A stretch of DNA of 64,000 nt, from positions 2,016,001 through 2,080,000 of the forward strand of contig OY776562.1 in assembly GCA_963675785.1 (NCBI GenBank). Reading direction: 5' to 3'. Within the stretch, counting starts at the first letter, position 1. Every line of letters starts with the position of its first letter. Positions 48,536 through 57,257 of the stretch are shown in pieces. The DNA comes from Anaerolineae bacterium (GTDB taxonomy: Bacteria > Chloroflexota > Anaerolineae > UBA1429). The notes under the pieces were generated by a model. That model was not told the origin of the DNA, did not search any database, and saw nothing but the letters and a program-made list of their open reading frames with translations. Both the position numbers and the translations under genes were made by a program.

Positions 48536-48566
48536 AAAAAAAGCGCCCTCTCATAGAGAGGGCGCC
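48536..48566 (-). terminator. intrinsic terminator of rplY
   Basis: AAAAAAAGCGCCCTCTC-ATA-GAGAGGGCGC. Confidence 0.8.
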
Positions 48567-48587
48567 TGAACGTGCCTAACTTGACAA

Positions 48588-48878
48588 CTAGGCCTGCCGC
48601 AAGAAATCGACGTGAACTAGTACACTGGTTACAGGATCGCGCTGAAGTTCTTTGACAACAACAGCTTCGGTGCCGACACCTTCGATCTCGAGATTGAGCT
48701 CCATATCCAGGCCAGTCTTACCAAAGAGCATATCAAGAGTATGGGTGTTGATCTGCAGATGCCTGGTCTCATAGCCGGGGCCATAGATCACCGCCGGAAT
48801 AAAACCGGAACGACGCAAGGCGCGCGGATTCATGCTCTCATCGCGCAGAGTGGCTGCAAGTGCAGCTTTGCTCGCCAT
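48588..48878 (-). CDS. rplY: 50S ribosomal protein bL25 (short, single-domain form)
   Basis: LRRSGFIPAVIYG, KELQRDPV..HVDF; 96 aa. Confidence 0.9.
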   Translation of the reverse strand: MASKAALAATLRDESMNPRALRRSGFIPAVIYGPGYETRHLQINTHTLDMLFGKTGLDMELNLEIEGVGTEAVVVKELQRDPVTSVLVHVDFLRQA

Positions 48879-48914
48879 AATTCATAACCCCCTATTGTGC
48901 CCATATGGGCTGCC

Positions 48915-48968
48915 GCGAAGAGCCGACACCCGAGCGAGGGCCTAGACGGGGTGACCACTGCTCGAAGG
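48915..48968 (-). promoter_or_regulatory. putative structured 5' leader of rplY (candidate ribosomal-protein leader)
   Basis: Minus-strand CGAGC-AGTGGTCACCCCGTCTAGGCCCTC-GCTCG stem-loop between the promoter (TTGACG 49032-49027, TATACT 49010-49005) and the RBS. Confidence 0.45.
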
Positions 48969-49131
48969 ATACATGCTCCTCACATGTATACTTATCAATT
49001 AACCAGTATACCTTGCCCCAAGTTTGCGTCAAATAGAGCACCCTAGCACTTGACGCCCTGGCACTATAGAGCTAGATTCCCAGCCAGCAAGGTCGGCACC
49101 TCTTTAAACCGCAAAAACAAGGAGTTGCAGC

Positions 49132-50253
49132 ATGGGTATATCCGTTGCCATGGTGGGTTTGGGCGCCTTTGGCAGTAATTTCGTCGAACTCTATCGAGAT
49201 CATCCGCTCGTCTCGCGCATTGCCTTATGCGACCTAGACCCTCAAAAATTGGCAACAGCCTCGGAAAAATTCGGTATCAGTGAATGCTATGACAGCCTAG
49301 AGGCCGTCCTTGCTTCGGATATCGAGGCCGTGGTCATTATCACCCAGCATTGGATGCACGCCAAGCAAGCTATGCAGGCACTGAAAGCTGGCAAGCACGT
49401 TTATTCGGCCGTGCCAGCTGTGTACGGACTAGAGAGCGATGCCATCCTAGAATTGTTGGATGAATTGGTCGATACCGTCAAGAGGACCGGACAGGTATAC
49501 ATGATGGGCGAAACCAGCCGATATCGCGCCGAAACCATTTTTGCCCTGCAGCAAGCCGCTCAGGGAGCTTTTGGCGAGATAACCTATGCCGAATGTGAAT
49601 ACTGGCATGACTTGGATAGCCCCGAATCCAATCTGCGTAACGTGTTCCGTCGCAGATGGGGCGCCAATTGGGGAGATGACAAGCGGGGTGATATCCCCAT
49701 GTTCTATCCTACCCATGCCTTGTGTGGCCCTATTACAGTGCTCGACACCCATATGGCTAGTGTATCTGCCCGAGGCTATGTCTATCCCAATGATGACTGG
49801 TTTTTGGCGGACGGTTATTGGGGGAATGTGTTCTCTAACGAATTGGCCATGTATCAAGCAGCCAACGGCACACTGGTGCGTCATTGTGAATTTCGCCGCA
49901 TTGGCCACACCAACCTGGAGGCCTTTTCGGTGTACGGCACCGAGGCTTCGTTCGTCAACGATGCTGCTGGCCCACATTGGGTAACTCGGAGCAAAGTGGA
50001 GGCCGTCGATTTGAGTGCGTTGCGTGAGGAACTGCCCGCTCCTCTGGCCAAAGACTTGGGAGGGCACGGCGGTTCGCACGCCTACCTGGTGCACGAGTTC
50101 GTCTCGGCCTGCGCCGAACAGCGCCAACCCAGTGTGAACGTGTGGCAGGCGGCGCGCTATCTGGCGCCGGGCATAGTAGCGCATAAATCCGCCCTACGAG
50201 ATGGTGAATGGCTCAGTATCCCCGATTGGGGCGATACGCCGAATAGTCTGTAA
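49132..50253 (+). CDS. Gfo/Idh/MocA-family oxidoreductase
   Basis: GLGAFG, HVYSAVP, MMGETS, YPTH, GHGGSH. Confidence 0.85.
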   Translation: MGISVAMVGLGAFGSNFVELYRDHPLVSRIALCDLDPQKLATASEKFGISECYDSLEAVLASDIEAVVIITQHWMHAKQAMQALKAGKHVYSAVPAVYGLESDAILELLDELVDTVKRTGQVYMMGETSRYRAETIFALQQAAQGAFGEITYAECEYWHDLDSPESNLRNVFRRRWGANWGDDKRGDIPMFYPTHALCGPITVLDTHMASVSARGYVYPNDDWFLADGYWGNVFSNELAMYQAANGTLVRHCEFRRIGHTNLEAFSVYGTEASFVNDAAGPHWVTRSKVEAVDLSALREELPAPLAKDLGGHGGSHAYLVHEFVSACAEQRQPSVNVWQAARYLAPGIVAHKSALRDGEWLSIPDWGDTPNSL

Positions 50254-50256
50254 AAC

Positions 50257-50293
50257 ATCAAGGGGCGCCGCTAGTAGCGGCGCCCCTGATTTT
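50257..50293. terminator. bidirectional terminator
   Basis: AGGGGCGCCGCT-AGT-AGCGGCGCCCCT. Confidence 0.8.
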
Positions 50294-51461
50294 ACCTTGA
50301 AAAGTAGATACGCAATGTATCCTCTTGAATGGAAGCGGAAGTTGGCTGCATGGCCGCCAAATAGGCCGGCAGCACAAGCCGCCGCTGATTGTTGCCCAGC
50401 CGCACCATCAGTTCATCGCCATGTTTTTCCAGCTCAATGTTCTGACTCGAGACACCCGAAATCCTCAAGGCCATAATCTGCTGCTCCCCCTCAGCGTAGA
50501 ACCAAAGTGTATCCTCGCTGGAAAGGCGTTCGTGGGGATCTAGCTCGCCAAAGAGACCCTCGGCCAATTGAACCAGAGCCTCAACACCAAGCACTTCGGA
50601 GGGCATGAGCGGCACCTCGAACACCGGCAGCGGCGCAAACATCTCTTTGACGTCCTCAGTCAGCCGGCGCTGATCAACTTTCCAACGCTCAAAGAAGGTG
50701 TCCTCCAACGTATCGGGATAGAGGCGGTTGACAAACAGCGCATCCACCGAAAGGCCAAAGAGGCTGGCATAGGTAAAAGCACGCTGAGTTTCGCGTACGG
50801 CCATGGTTTCGGGGTTGAGCACCAGGCGAACCGAGGTATGTTCGCCATCGGTAAGGATGGCTCGCAGATCATTGATCTCGTCGACGATGTGTTCCAGTTG
50901 AGATTGCACGGCCTGTTCGGTGATGGGCAAACTGGTCGCTTTGCGCAGGGCCGGCGCTGCAAAGCGCATCAATCCACGCGATAGGCCGGCAATGTTGCGC
51001 GTATACCAGCGGGCCAGATCGGGAGCACTAAGCAGCCGCATGGCGGCACCCGTAGGAGCACTGTCAATCACCAATGTGTCGTACTCGCCCGCTTCCGATA
51101 TCTCGCGGATGCGTAAAAGAGCAATGATCTCGTCCAAACCGGGAAGCACAGCCAGCTCGCCGGCAATGCCATCGGGCATACCTTTGTCACGCAGCACGGC
51201 GGTCAGCCGAGCACGAATGTTGCCCCAATAGCGTTCCAACTCCTGACTGGTGTCTAATTCAGCCGCCCAGAGATTATCCTGGCCAGCAACGGGCACGGGA
51301 TCGTTGCCCAGAGTTACATCCAGCACATCGGCGAGGTTATGGGCCACATCGGTGCTAATGGCCAGAGTGCGATGGCCCCGTCGAGCGCAAGCCAAAGCCG
51401 TAGAAGCAGAGAGCGTGGTTTTACCCACGCCCCCTTTGCCTGTATAGAGAATCGTTCGCAC
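50292..51461 (-). CDS. ArsA/Get3-family ATPase with C-terminal Hsp20-like domain
   Basis: GKGGVGKTT, STDVAH, PGLDE, DSAPTG, LVLNPE, VNR; alpha-crystallin-like tail; only one Cys. Confidence 0.88.
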   Translation of the reverse strand: MRTILYTGKGGVGKTTLSASTALACARRGHRTLAISTDVAHNLADVLDVTLGNDPVPVAGQDNLWAAELDTSQELERYWGNIRARLTAVLRDKGMPDGIAGELAVLPGLDEIIALLRIREISEAGEYDTLVIDSAPTGAAMRLLSAPDLARWYTRNIAGLSRGLMRFAAPALRKATSLPITEQAVQSQLEHIVDEINDLRAILTDGEHTSVRLVLNPETMAVRETQRAFTYASLFGLSVDALFVNRLYPDTLEDTFFERWKVDQRRLTEDVKEMFAPLPVFEVPLMPSEVLGVEALVQLAEGLFGELDPHERLSSEDTLWFYAEGEQQIMALRISGVSSQNIELEKHGDELMVRLGNNQRRLVLPAYLAAMQPTSASIQEDTLRIYFSR

Positions 51462-51462
51462 G

Positions 51463-51957
51463 CTATTCGAGGCCTAGAAGCTCATCGATGGCGGCGACTA
51501 GTTCTTCACGGTTCTTGGTCGTGATTTCGTGCTGACGGATTACATTCAACTGCTCGGCAGAAAGCCCGGCAAGACGAGCGATGACTTCTTTGGGTTCAAG
51601 CGTGTCATAGCCGTCGATGGCCAGCACCGGTACGCGCAAGGGCTTGGTGTCAGCCTGAGCAGGCTCGTCTTTGCGCCTTACAACGCGCATAACTGCCTGC
51701 GTGACGGGTCCCGGATGCTCGATCTCGTCGGCACCAGCCTCAGCCGCTTTTTCTACAACCTTGATGGCGCCGCGCACCAACAAAATACCAGCACCCAAAC
51801 CGATAAGAAGGACTTTTTTAGCAACATTGGCCACCGGCTGCAAATCAACCTCGGGCAGTTTAATGTCCTCCAGCTTGGGCATCTTGATTTCGTACTCGAC
51901 AACCCGTTCCTGGGCATCCACATGAGGTGCGGTGCCCGCGAATTCCTGACTGGACAT
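51463..51957 (-). CDS. hypothetical protein, phasin-like amphipathic segment plus small helical C-terminal domain
   Basis: AKKVLLIGLGA..VEKAAEAG; C-terminal LAIDGYDTL..V..RL..LS..KNR; stop 1 nt before the ATPase start. Confidence 0.65.
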   Translation of the reverse strand: MSSQEFAGTAPHVDAQERVVEYEIKMPKLEDIKLPEVDLQPVANVAKKVLLIGLGAGILLVRGAIKVVEKAAEAGADEIEHPGPVTQAVMRVVRRKDEPAQADTKPLRVPVLAIDGYDTLEPKEVIARLAGLSAEQLNVIRQHEITTKNREELVAAIDELLGLE

Positions 51958-52098
51958 ATTAATACTCCTATTCTAGGTCTATATAAGACGTACACTATAC
52001 GTAAAACCCCGCCCAGAGTTGCGAAGATACGCGTTAACGGTTTGTGAGCGTTCCTCTCGCGTGTTAGAATAGGCCTCGCAAGACTAAACTGGATAGAC

Positions 52099-53439
52099 AT
52101 GGCTGAAAATGATCTAAGCAAGCGAGAGCTTGAGATTCTCGAAAGGGTCGCCACAGGGGTGACCAACCAGCAAATCGCCTTGGACCTTGACATCAGTGTC
52201 AACACGGTCAAGGCGCATCTGCGTAATATCTATGCCAAGCTGGAGGTCGAATCACGGACTGAGGCTGTGATGGTGGCCATTCAGCAGGGCCTCATCACCG
52301 TCGAAGGGGAATCGACTGACGGCCAGAATGCGTTTGCCGACGACCCGGAATCATCTTCCGAGCAAGCAGCGGATACGCCCCGGGCAATCTCCCGGCTGAA
52401 ATGGTGGTATGTGCTGCTCTGTGTAGCCATTGTGGCCGCCCTGGTGGTTGCCGCCCTACTATTGACTGACGATTCGCGCCACATCACAGGTGATCCCTTT
52501 GGCGACGAGCCGGGTGTAGCCTCGGGCGAACAGCCTGGTCAGGAGCATCTACGTTGGGAGCTGCGTTCGACCATGGAAGAAGGGCGCGCCCGCTTTGCAA
52601 CGGTTGCCCTGGGAGATCTTGTGCTCGTTATCGGCGGCACAACGGAACAAGGCGTAACGAATAGCGTGCTGGGCTATGCCTATGAAAGCAAAACCTGGCA
52701 AGAACTCGCCAGCAAGCCCACCGCAGTAACAAACATCAGCGCCATTACCCTGGATGACCGCGTGTATGTGCCTGGCGGATATGACACAGACGGCCGTGTT
52801 CTTGATATACTAGAGATATATGATGCCGCCAATGATGCCTGGCTGACGGGGGCTAGCCTCCCATCGCCCTTGTGTGCTTATGCAATCACTATTCAAAATG
52901 GGTTGATCTATGTCCTCGGTGGCTGGGATGGTGTCAATTACCTGGACGATGTATTCTGCTACGATCCTGAACAGGACACATGGACGGTGGTTGCGCAGTG
53001 CCCCTCGTCCATTGGCTTTGGTGCAGCAGTCAGTGACGACAGCCGCATCTACTTGATTGGCGGCTTTGACGGCCAGCAAGAACTGGCCAATTGCTGGATG
53101 TTTGATCCAGCAGCCAGCGCCGAAACGGCCTGGGAAGAAAAAAGCCCCATGGAGATGGCTCGCCGCGGACACGCTGCTGTGGTCTCCGACGGCAAGATCT
53201 ATGTTCTCGGTGGAGGCTGGAGCGAATACTTGCTCTATAACGAGCGGTACGATATCGCTACGAATACCTGGGCACGTTTCGAAAGTCCAATCATCGGCAC
53301 CTGGTACAATCTGGCCGCAACCCTAGTAGATGAGCCCGAAGGCGGCTATGTTTACGCCCTGGGGGGATGGGACGGCACTTATCTAAGCACCATAGAAGCA
53401 TATCAGGCATCCTTCCGCATTTACTTGCCCGGTTCATAG
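52099..53439 (+). CDS. LuxR-HTH / transmembrane / six-bladed Kelch protein
   Basis: LSKRELEILERVATGVTNQQIALDLDISVNTVKAHLRNIYAKL; TM WWYVLLCVAIVAALVVAALLL; six GG...W Kelch repeats. Confidence 0.88.
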   Translation: MAENDLSKRELEILERVATGVTNQQIALDLDISVNTVKAHLRNIYAKLEVESRTEAVMVAIQQGLITVEGESTDGQNAFADDPESSSEQAADTPRAISRLKWWYVLLCVAIVAALVVAALLLTDDSRHITGDPFGDEPGVASGEQPGQEHLRWELRSTMEEGRARFATVALGDLVLVIGGTTEQGVTNSVLGYAYESKTWQELASKPTAVTNISAITLDDRVYVPGGYDTDGRVLDILEIYDAANDAWLTGASLPSPLCAYAITIQNGLIYVLGGWDGVNYLDDVFCYDPEQDTWTVVAQCPSSIGFGAAVSDDSRIYLIGGFDGQQELANCWMFDPAASAETAWEEKSPMEMARRGHAAVVSDGKIYVLGGGWSEYLLYNERYDIATNTWARFESPIIGTWYNLAATLVDEPEGGYVYALGGWDGTYLSTIEAYQASFRIYLPGS

Positions 53440-53450
53440 GAGGTAGACAG

Positions 53451-53903
53451 ATGTCAGAAGTCAATATTCAGGCCTCGTGGGTTTCAGGATTACAGTTCGT
53501 CGCCACCGGTGAAGGTTCTAATGCTTCCTTCGTGCTGGATGGCGCTCCAGAGCACGGTGGTAAGGACGCCGGCATACGCCCCATGGAAGCGCTGCTATGC
53601 AGCCTCGCCGGGTGCACGGGCATGGACGTGATCTCCATCCTCAAGAAAAAGCGCCAAAAGATCACCGATTTTCAGATCAACATCACCGGCGATCGCGCCG
53701 AAGAGCACCCTATGCGCTACACCAGTATCCATATCGATTTTGTAGCTCGGGGCAACAATGTCTCGCTCGAAGCCCTGCAACGCGCCGCCGAACTCTCACA
53801 AACCAAATATTGCGGCACTGCGGCGAGTATTGGCGCGCCCATCGACTTTACTTGCCGAGTCGAGCAGGACGAGAACATTTCTGAGGCTGATGCAAAGGCA
53901 TGA
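53451..53903 (+). CDS. OsmC/YhfA-family protein
   Basis: RPMEALLCSLAGCTGMDV, KYC; ATG after AGGAGG. Confidence 0.88.
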   Translation: MSEVNIQASWVSGLQFVATGEGSNASFVLDGAPEHGGKDAGIRPMEALLCSLAGCTGMDVISILKKKRQKITDFQINITGDRAEEHPMRYTSIHIDFVARGNNVSLEALQRAAELSQTKYCGTAASIGAPIDFTCRVEQDENISEADAKA

Positions 53904-54184
53904 TCATCGGGGCTCTGACGGTCGAACTGCAAGTGCCAGCCAGTCAGTCTCTCAAGGATAAGCGCAGCGTGCGCGAATCATTGATCAGCAAACTGCGTAG
54001 AGAGTTCAATATTGCCATCGCCGAGATTGACAATCAGGATAGTTGGCAATTGCTGACACTGGCCGTGGTCGGCGTCTCCAACGACAAAGCCTATCTGCAA
54101 GGCCTGCTAGATCGCGTACTAGACGCAATAGAAGAGAGCCGCCGCGACGTGATGCTGCTCGATTACGAGATGGAAATCATCTAG
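53900..54184 (+). CDS. DUF503 (YlxP-like) protein
   Basis: SLKDKR, FNIAIAEIDNQDSWQ. Confidence 0.88.
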   Translation: MIIGALTVELQVPASQSLKDKRSVRESLISKLRREFNIAIAEIDNQDSWQLLTLAVVGVSNDKAYLQGLLDRVLDAIEESRRDVMLLDYEMEII

Positions 54185-54202
54185 CGAGCGAGGAGAGCGA
54201 AT

Positions 54203-54490
54203 TTGAAGGCTTTGGAAATTGCCCGAGATTGGTCCATTATTCTATTGGCACTAGAGGGCATTGTATTTGCCACTATCGCCCTGCTGGCGGCATTTTATGC
54301 ACAAAAGGGCCTGGGGCAGGCTTTGCCCAAGATCGAGCAATTCCTCAAGACCGCGCGGGTTCAGGTCGCTTCCATCCGAGAGTCAGTACGCCTGATCCTA
54401 CGAAAAATCGCCAGCCCGTTTGCAGCTATACGCTCTGTAAAATGCGCTATTAAGACTTTTTTGCGCGTCCTCATCGGTCGCTATAACTAG
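54203..54490 (+). CDS. hypothetical small membrane protein
   Basis: ARDWSIILLALE, TM, basic amphipathic tail; RBS GAGGAG. Confidence 0.6.
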   Translation: MKALEIARDWSIILLALEGIVFATIALLAAFYAQKGLGQALPKIEQFLKTARVQVASIRESVRLILRKIASPFAAIRSVKCAIKTFLRVLIGRYN

Positions 54491-54501
54491 GAGAATAGAA
54501 C

Positions 54502-54705
54502 ATGCGGAATCGAACGAACCTTATCGTAGGAGGCGCTGCTCTCGGCGCAGCGTTGGGCGGCGTTGCCGGTTGGTTCTTGTTCAAGCAGCGCTTTGAGGCC
54601 GTCGAAGAAGGCATTGGAGAAAAGGCCCCTATCGACCGCGGTCAGATCGTACGTTTGGGGTGGAACATCATTGCTCTGCTCAGACAGATCACAGAATTAG
54701 CCTGA
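54502..54705 (+). CDS. hypothetical small membrane protein
   Basis: Gly-zipper TM GGAALGAALGGVAG; RBS AGGAG. Confidence 0.6.
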   Translation: MRNRTNLIVGGAALGAALGGVAGWFLFKQRFEAVEEGIGEKAPIDRGQIVRLGWNIIALLRQITELA

Positions 54706-54735
54706 ATTAAACATACCTGTAACATGAGTCATTCT

Positions 54736-54753
54736 TTGTGCATTCGTGCACAA
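54736..54753. promoter_or_regulatory. probable Rex (NADH-sensing repressor) operator
   Basis: TTGTGCA-TTCG-TGCACAA against the Rex consensus TTGTGAA-N4-TTCACAA; upstream of nfnAB. Confidence 0.7.
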
Positions 54754-54830
54754 ACTTTTGGCAGATTTCCAAAGAAAGGCCTAGAATAAGCTTGTAGGGG
54801 CTTTACGTACACGGCCCTGACTGGGAGGTA

Positions 54831-55709
54831 TTGGTGTATCGCATTCTGGAAAAGCAGGCTTTGACGCCTGTTAGCAAATTGTATGTTGTAGAGGCGCCCC
54901 AGATCGCGCGCAAAGCACGAGCGGGGCAGTTTGTTGTGCTGCGCATCCATGACAAAGGAGAGCGCGTGCCCTTGACCATTGCCGATTCGGACGCCGAACG
55001 CGGCACCATCACGCTCGTCGTCCAAGAAGTTGGCAAGTCGACGAAGCAAATGGGCGATATGGCCGTAGGCGATTCCTTGACCAGCCTGGCCGGCCCACTG
55101 GGCCACCCTACCGAGATAGAACGCTATGGCACCGTGGTCATCATCGGTGGCGGTTTGGGCGTCGCGCCCATTCATCCTATCTGCAAAGCGCTCAAAGAAG
55201 CAGGCAATACCGTCATCAGCATCATTGGCGCCCGCAACAAGGAGCTCTTGTTTTGGGAAGACCAAATCAAGGCCGTCTCTGACGAGGTCATTGTGGTGAC
55301 CGACGATGGTAGCTATGGCCGCAAGGGTTTGGTGACAGAGCCGCTCAAAGAAATGTTAGAGGCCGGGCGCCAGATCGATGCCGTATGGGCCATTGGCCCC
55401 GCCATCATGATGAAGTTCGTCTCGCTCACCACCAAGCCGTACGGCGTCAAGACTTTTGTCAGCTTGAACTCGATCATGGTCGACGGCACGGGTATGTGCG
55501 GCGGATGCCGCGTCAGCGTGGCTGGCAAAAACATGTTTGCCTGCGTCCACGGACCCGAGTTCGATGGTCACGATGTCGATTGGGACCTACTCCTGAGTCG
55601 TCAGCGACAATACACGGACATGGAAAAGGTTGCCAACGAAGCCTACGAAGAGGAACACGAGTGTAATCTCGAAAAAGCACTCCGCCAAGCTGAACAGAGG
55701 AGCCGATAG
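54831..55709 (+). CDS. nfnA: NfnA/SudB-type FAD/[2Fe-2S] subunit of the electron-bifurcating transhydrogenase
   Basis: GQF, ERVPLTI, GPLG, GGG, TDDGS, MVDGTGMCGGCR, C-x-x-GP. Confidence 0.85.
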   Translation: MVYRILEKQALTPVSKLYVVEAPQIARKARAGQFVVLRIHDKGERVPLTIADSDAERGTITLVVQEVGKSTKQMGDMAVGDSLTSLAGPLGHPTEIERYGTVVIIGGGLGVAPIHPICKALKEAGNTVISIIGARNKELLFWEDQIKAVSDEVIVVTDDGSYGRKGLVTEPLKEMLEAGRQIDAVWAIGPAIMMKFVSLTTKPYGVKTFVSLNSIMVDGTGMCGGCRVSVAGKNMFACVHGPEFDGHDVDWDLLLSRQRQYTDMEKVANEAYEEEHECNLEKALRQAEQRSR

Positions 55710-55714
55710 CCGGT

Positions 55715-57136
55715 ATGGCCAAGAACACAACGCCGCGCCAGGCAATGCCGACGCGCGATCCGATAGAACGCGGTTCAACGTTTGAAGAAGTAGCCCTGGG
55801 CTATACCATGGAAATGGCCATTGCCGAGGCCAATCGTTGTATTCAATGCAAGAAACCGATGTGCGTCACCGGCTGCCCGGTGAGCGTGCGCATTCCCGAA
55901 TTCATCAAGGCTCTGCGTGAGGGCGATATGCCCACAGCCGTAGAGATTCTAAAAGACAAGAACAGCCTGCCCGCCATTTGCGGGCGCGTGTGCCCCCAAG
56001 AGAGCCAGTGCGAGGCCCAGTGCATTCTGGGGCGCAAGGGCGAACCGGTGGCCATTGGCCGCCTGGAGCGTTTTGTGGCCGATTGGGAGCGCGAGCAGGG
56101 TATCAACGTACCGCCGCGAGCCCAGGCCACTGGCAAGCGTATCGCCATTGTGGGCTCTGGCCCCGCTGGTCTCACCTGTGCCGGCGATCTGGCTAAAAAA
56201 GGCCATCTAGTGCATATTTTTGAGGCGCTACACGTGGCTGGCGGCGTGCTCATGTACGGTATCCCCGAGTTCCGTCTGCCCAAAGACGTGGTGCAAGCCG
56301 AAGTGCAGTATCTGGAAAAGCTCGGCGTCGAGATTGAGACGGACGCCGTGATTGGCCGCCTGTACACGCTGGATGAACTGCTGGATACTTATGACGCCCT
56401 TTTTGTGGGCTCTGGCGCGGGCCTGCCCATGTTCCTAGACATCCCCGGCGAGAACCTCAACGGCGTTTATTCGGCCAACGAGCTGCTTACTCGCACCAAT
56501 CTGATGAAGGGCTACCTGTTCCCCGAATACGACACGCCCGTCAAGGTGGGTGAAAAGGTTGCCGTGGTGGGCGCAGGCAACGTGGCCATGGACTCGGCCC
56601 GCTCATCCCTGCGGCTGGGCGCCAAAGAAGTGCATATCGTCTACCGCCGTTCACGTGAAGAAGTGCCCGCCCGCGCCGAAGAAGTGCATCACGCCGAGGA
56701 AGAGGGCATCATCTTTGATTTTCTCACCAACCCCATCGCGATTCTGGGTGAGAACAACAATGTTACCGGCATTCGCTGCATCCGCATGGAACTGGGTGAA
56801 CCCGACGCCAGTGGCCGGCGCCGTCCTGTGCCCATTGAAGATTCTGAGTTCGATATGCCCATGGATACGGTCATCATGGCTTTGGGCACGCGGCCCAATC
56901 CCCTGGTCTTTGAGGATTCGGCCAACATCGAACGCACCCGTTGGGGTACGCTGGCCGCCAGCGAAGAGACCGGACGCACCTCGCGCGAACGCATCTGGTG
57001 CGGCGGTGATATTCTGACCGGCGCAGCCACTGTCATCAGTGCCATGGGCGCTGGGCGTGTAGCTGCCACCGATATCGACCAATACCTCAATGGCAAAGAT
57101 ACAGTATGGTCGGCGAAAGAACCTGCGGGAGAATAG
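55715..57136 (+). CDS. nfnB: NfnB/SudA-type subunit (NADPH-dependent glutamate-synthase-small-chain-like)
   Basis: RCIQC..CVTGCPV, CGRVCPQESQCE, GSGPAG, YGIPEFRLP, GAGNVAMD, GAATVI. Confidence 0.85.
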   Translation: MAKNTTPRQAMPTRDPIERGSTFEEVALGYTMEMAIAEANRCIQCKKPMCVTGCPVSVRIPEFIKALREGDMPTAVEILKDKNSLPAICGRVCPQESQCEAQCILGRKGEPVAIGRLERFVADWEREQGINVPPRAQATGKRIAIVGSGPAGLTCAGDLAKKGHLVHIFEALHVAGGVLMYGIPEFRLPKDVVQAEVQYLEKLGVEIETDAVIGRLYTLDELLDTYDALFVGSGAGLPMFLDIPGENLNGVYSANELLTRTNLMKGYLFPEYDTPVKVGEKVAVVGAGNVAMDSARSSLRLGAKEVHIVYRRSREEVPARAEEVHHAEEEGIIFDFLTNPIAILGENNNVTGIRCIRMELGEPDASGRRRPVPIEDSEFDMPMDTVIMALGTRPNPLVFEDSANIERTRWGTLAASEETGRTSRERIWCGGDILTGAATVISAMGAGRVAATDIDQYLNGKDTVWSAKEPAGE

Positions 57137-57158
57137 TCAGCATATCAGTGCAAGAACG

Positions 57159-57184
57159 AGGGCCGAGCGATGCTCGGCCCTTTT
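57159..57184 (+). terminator. intrinsic terminator of nfnAB
   Basis: AGGGCCGAGC-GAT-GCTCGGCCCTTTT. Confidence 0.8.
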
Positions 57185-57257
57185 GCATTCCACCCAATTT
57201 GCAGCAGTCAAAAGCTCCGCTATGATGAGGCCAGATAAACATAGCGAAGGAGTCCCC

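Noticed and set aside
50292-51461. Arsenic-resistance ATPase ArsA
   Set aside because: Single ATPase domain, no metalloid-binding Cys set, no arsB/acr3/arsD/arsR nearby.
55715-57136. Glutamate synthase small subunit gltD
   Set aside because: No gltB; pairing with an upstream NfnA/SudB-type gene indicates NfnAB.
57090-57257. N-terminal extensions in the ORF track (also 10071-11504, 18204, 37596, 39974, 53367, 60637)
   Set aside because: They run through terminators, promoters or neighbouring genes; downstream starts have clear Shine-Dalgarno sequences.
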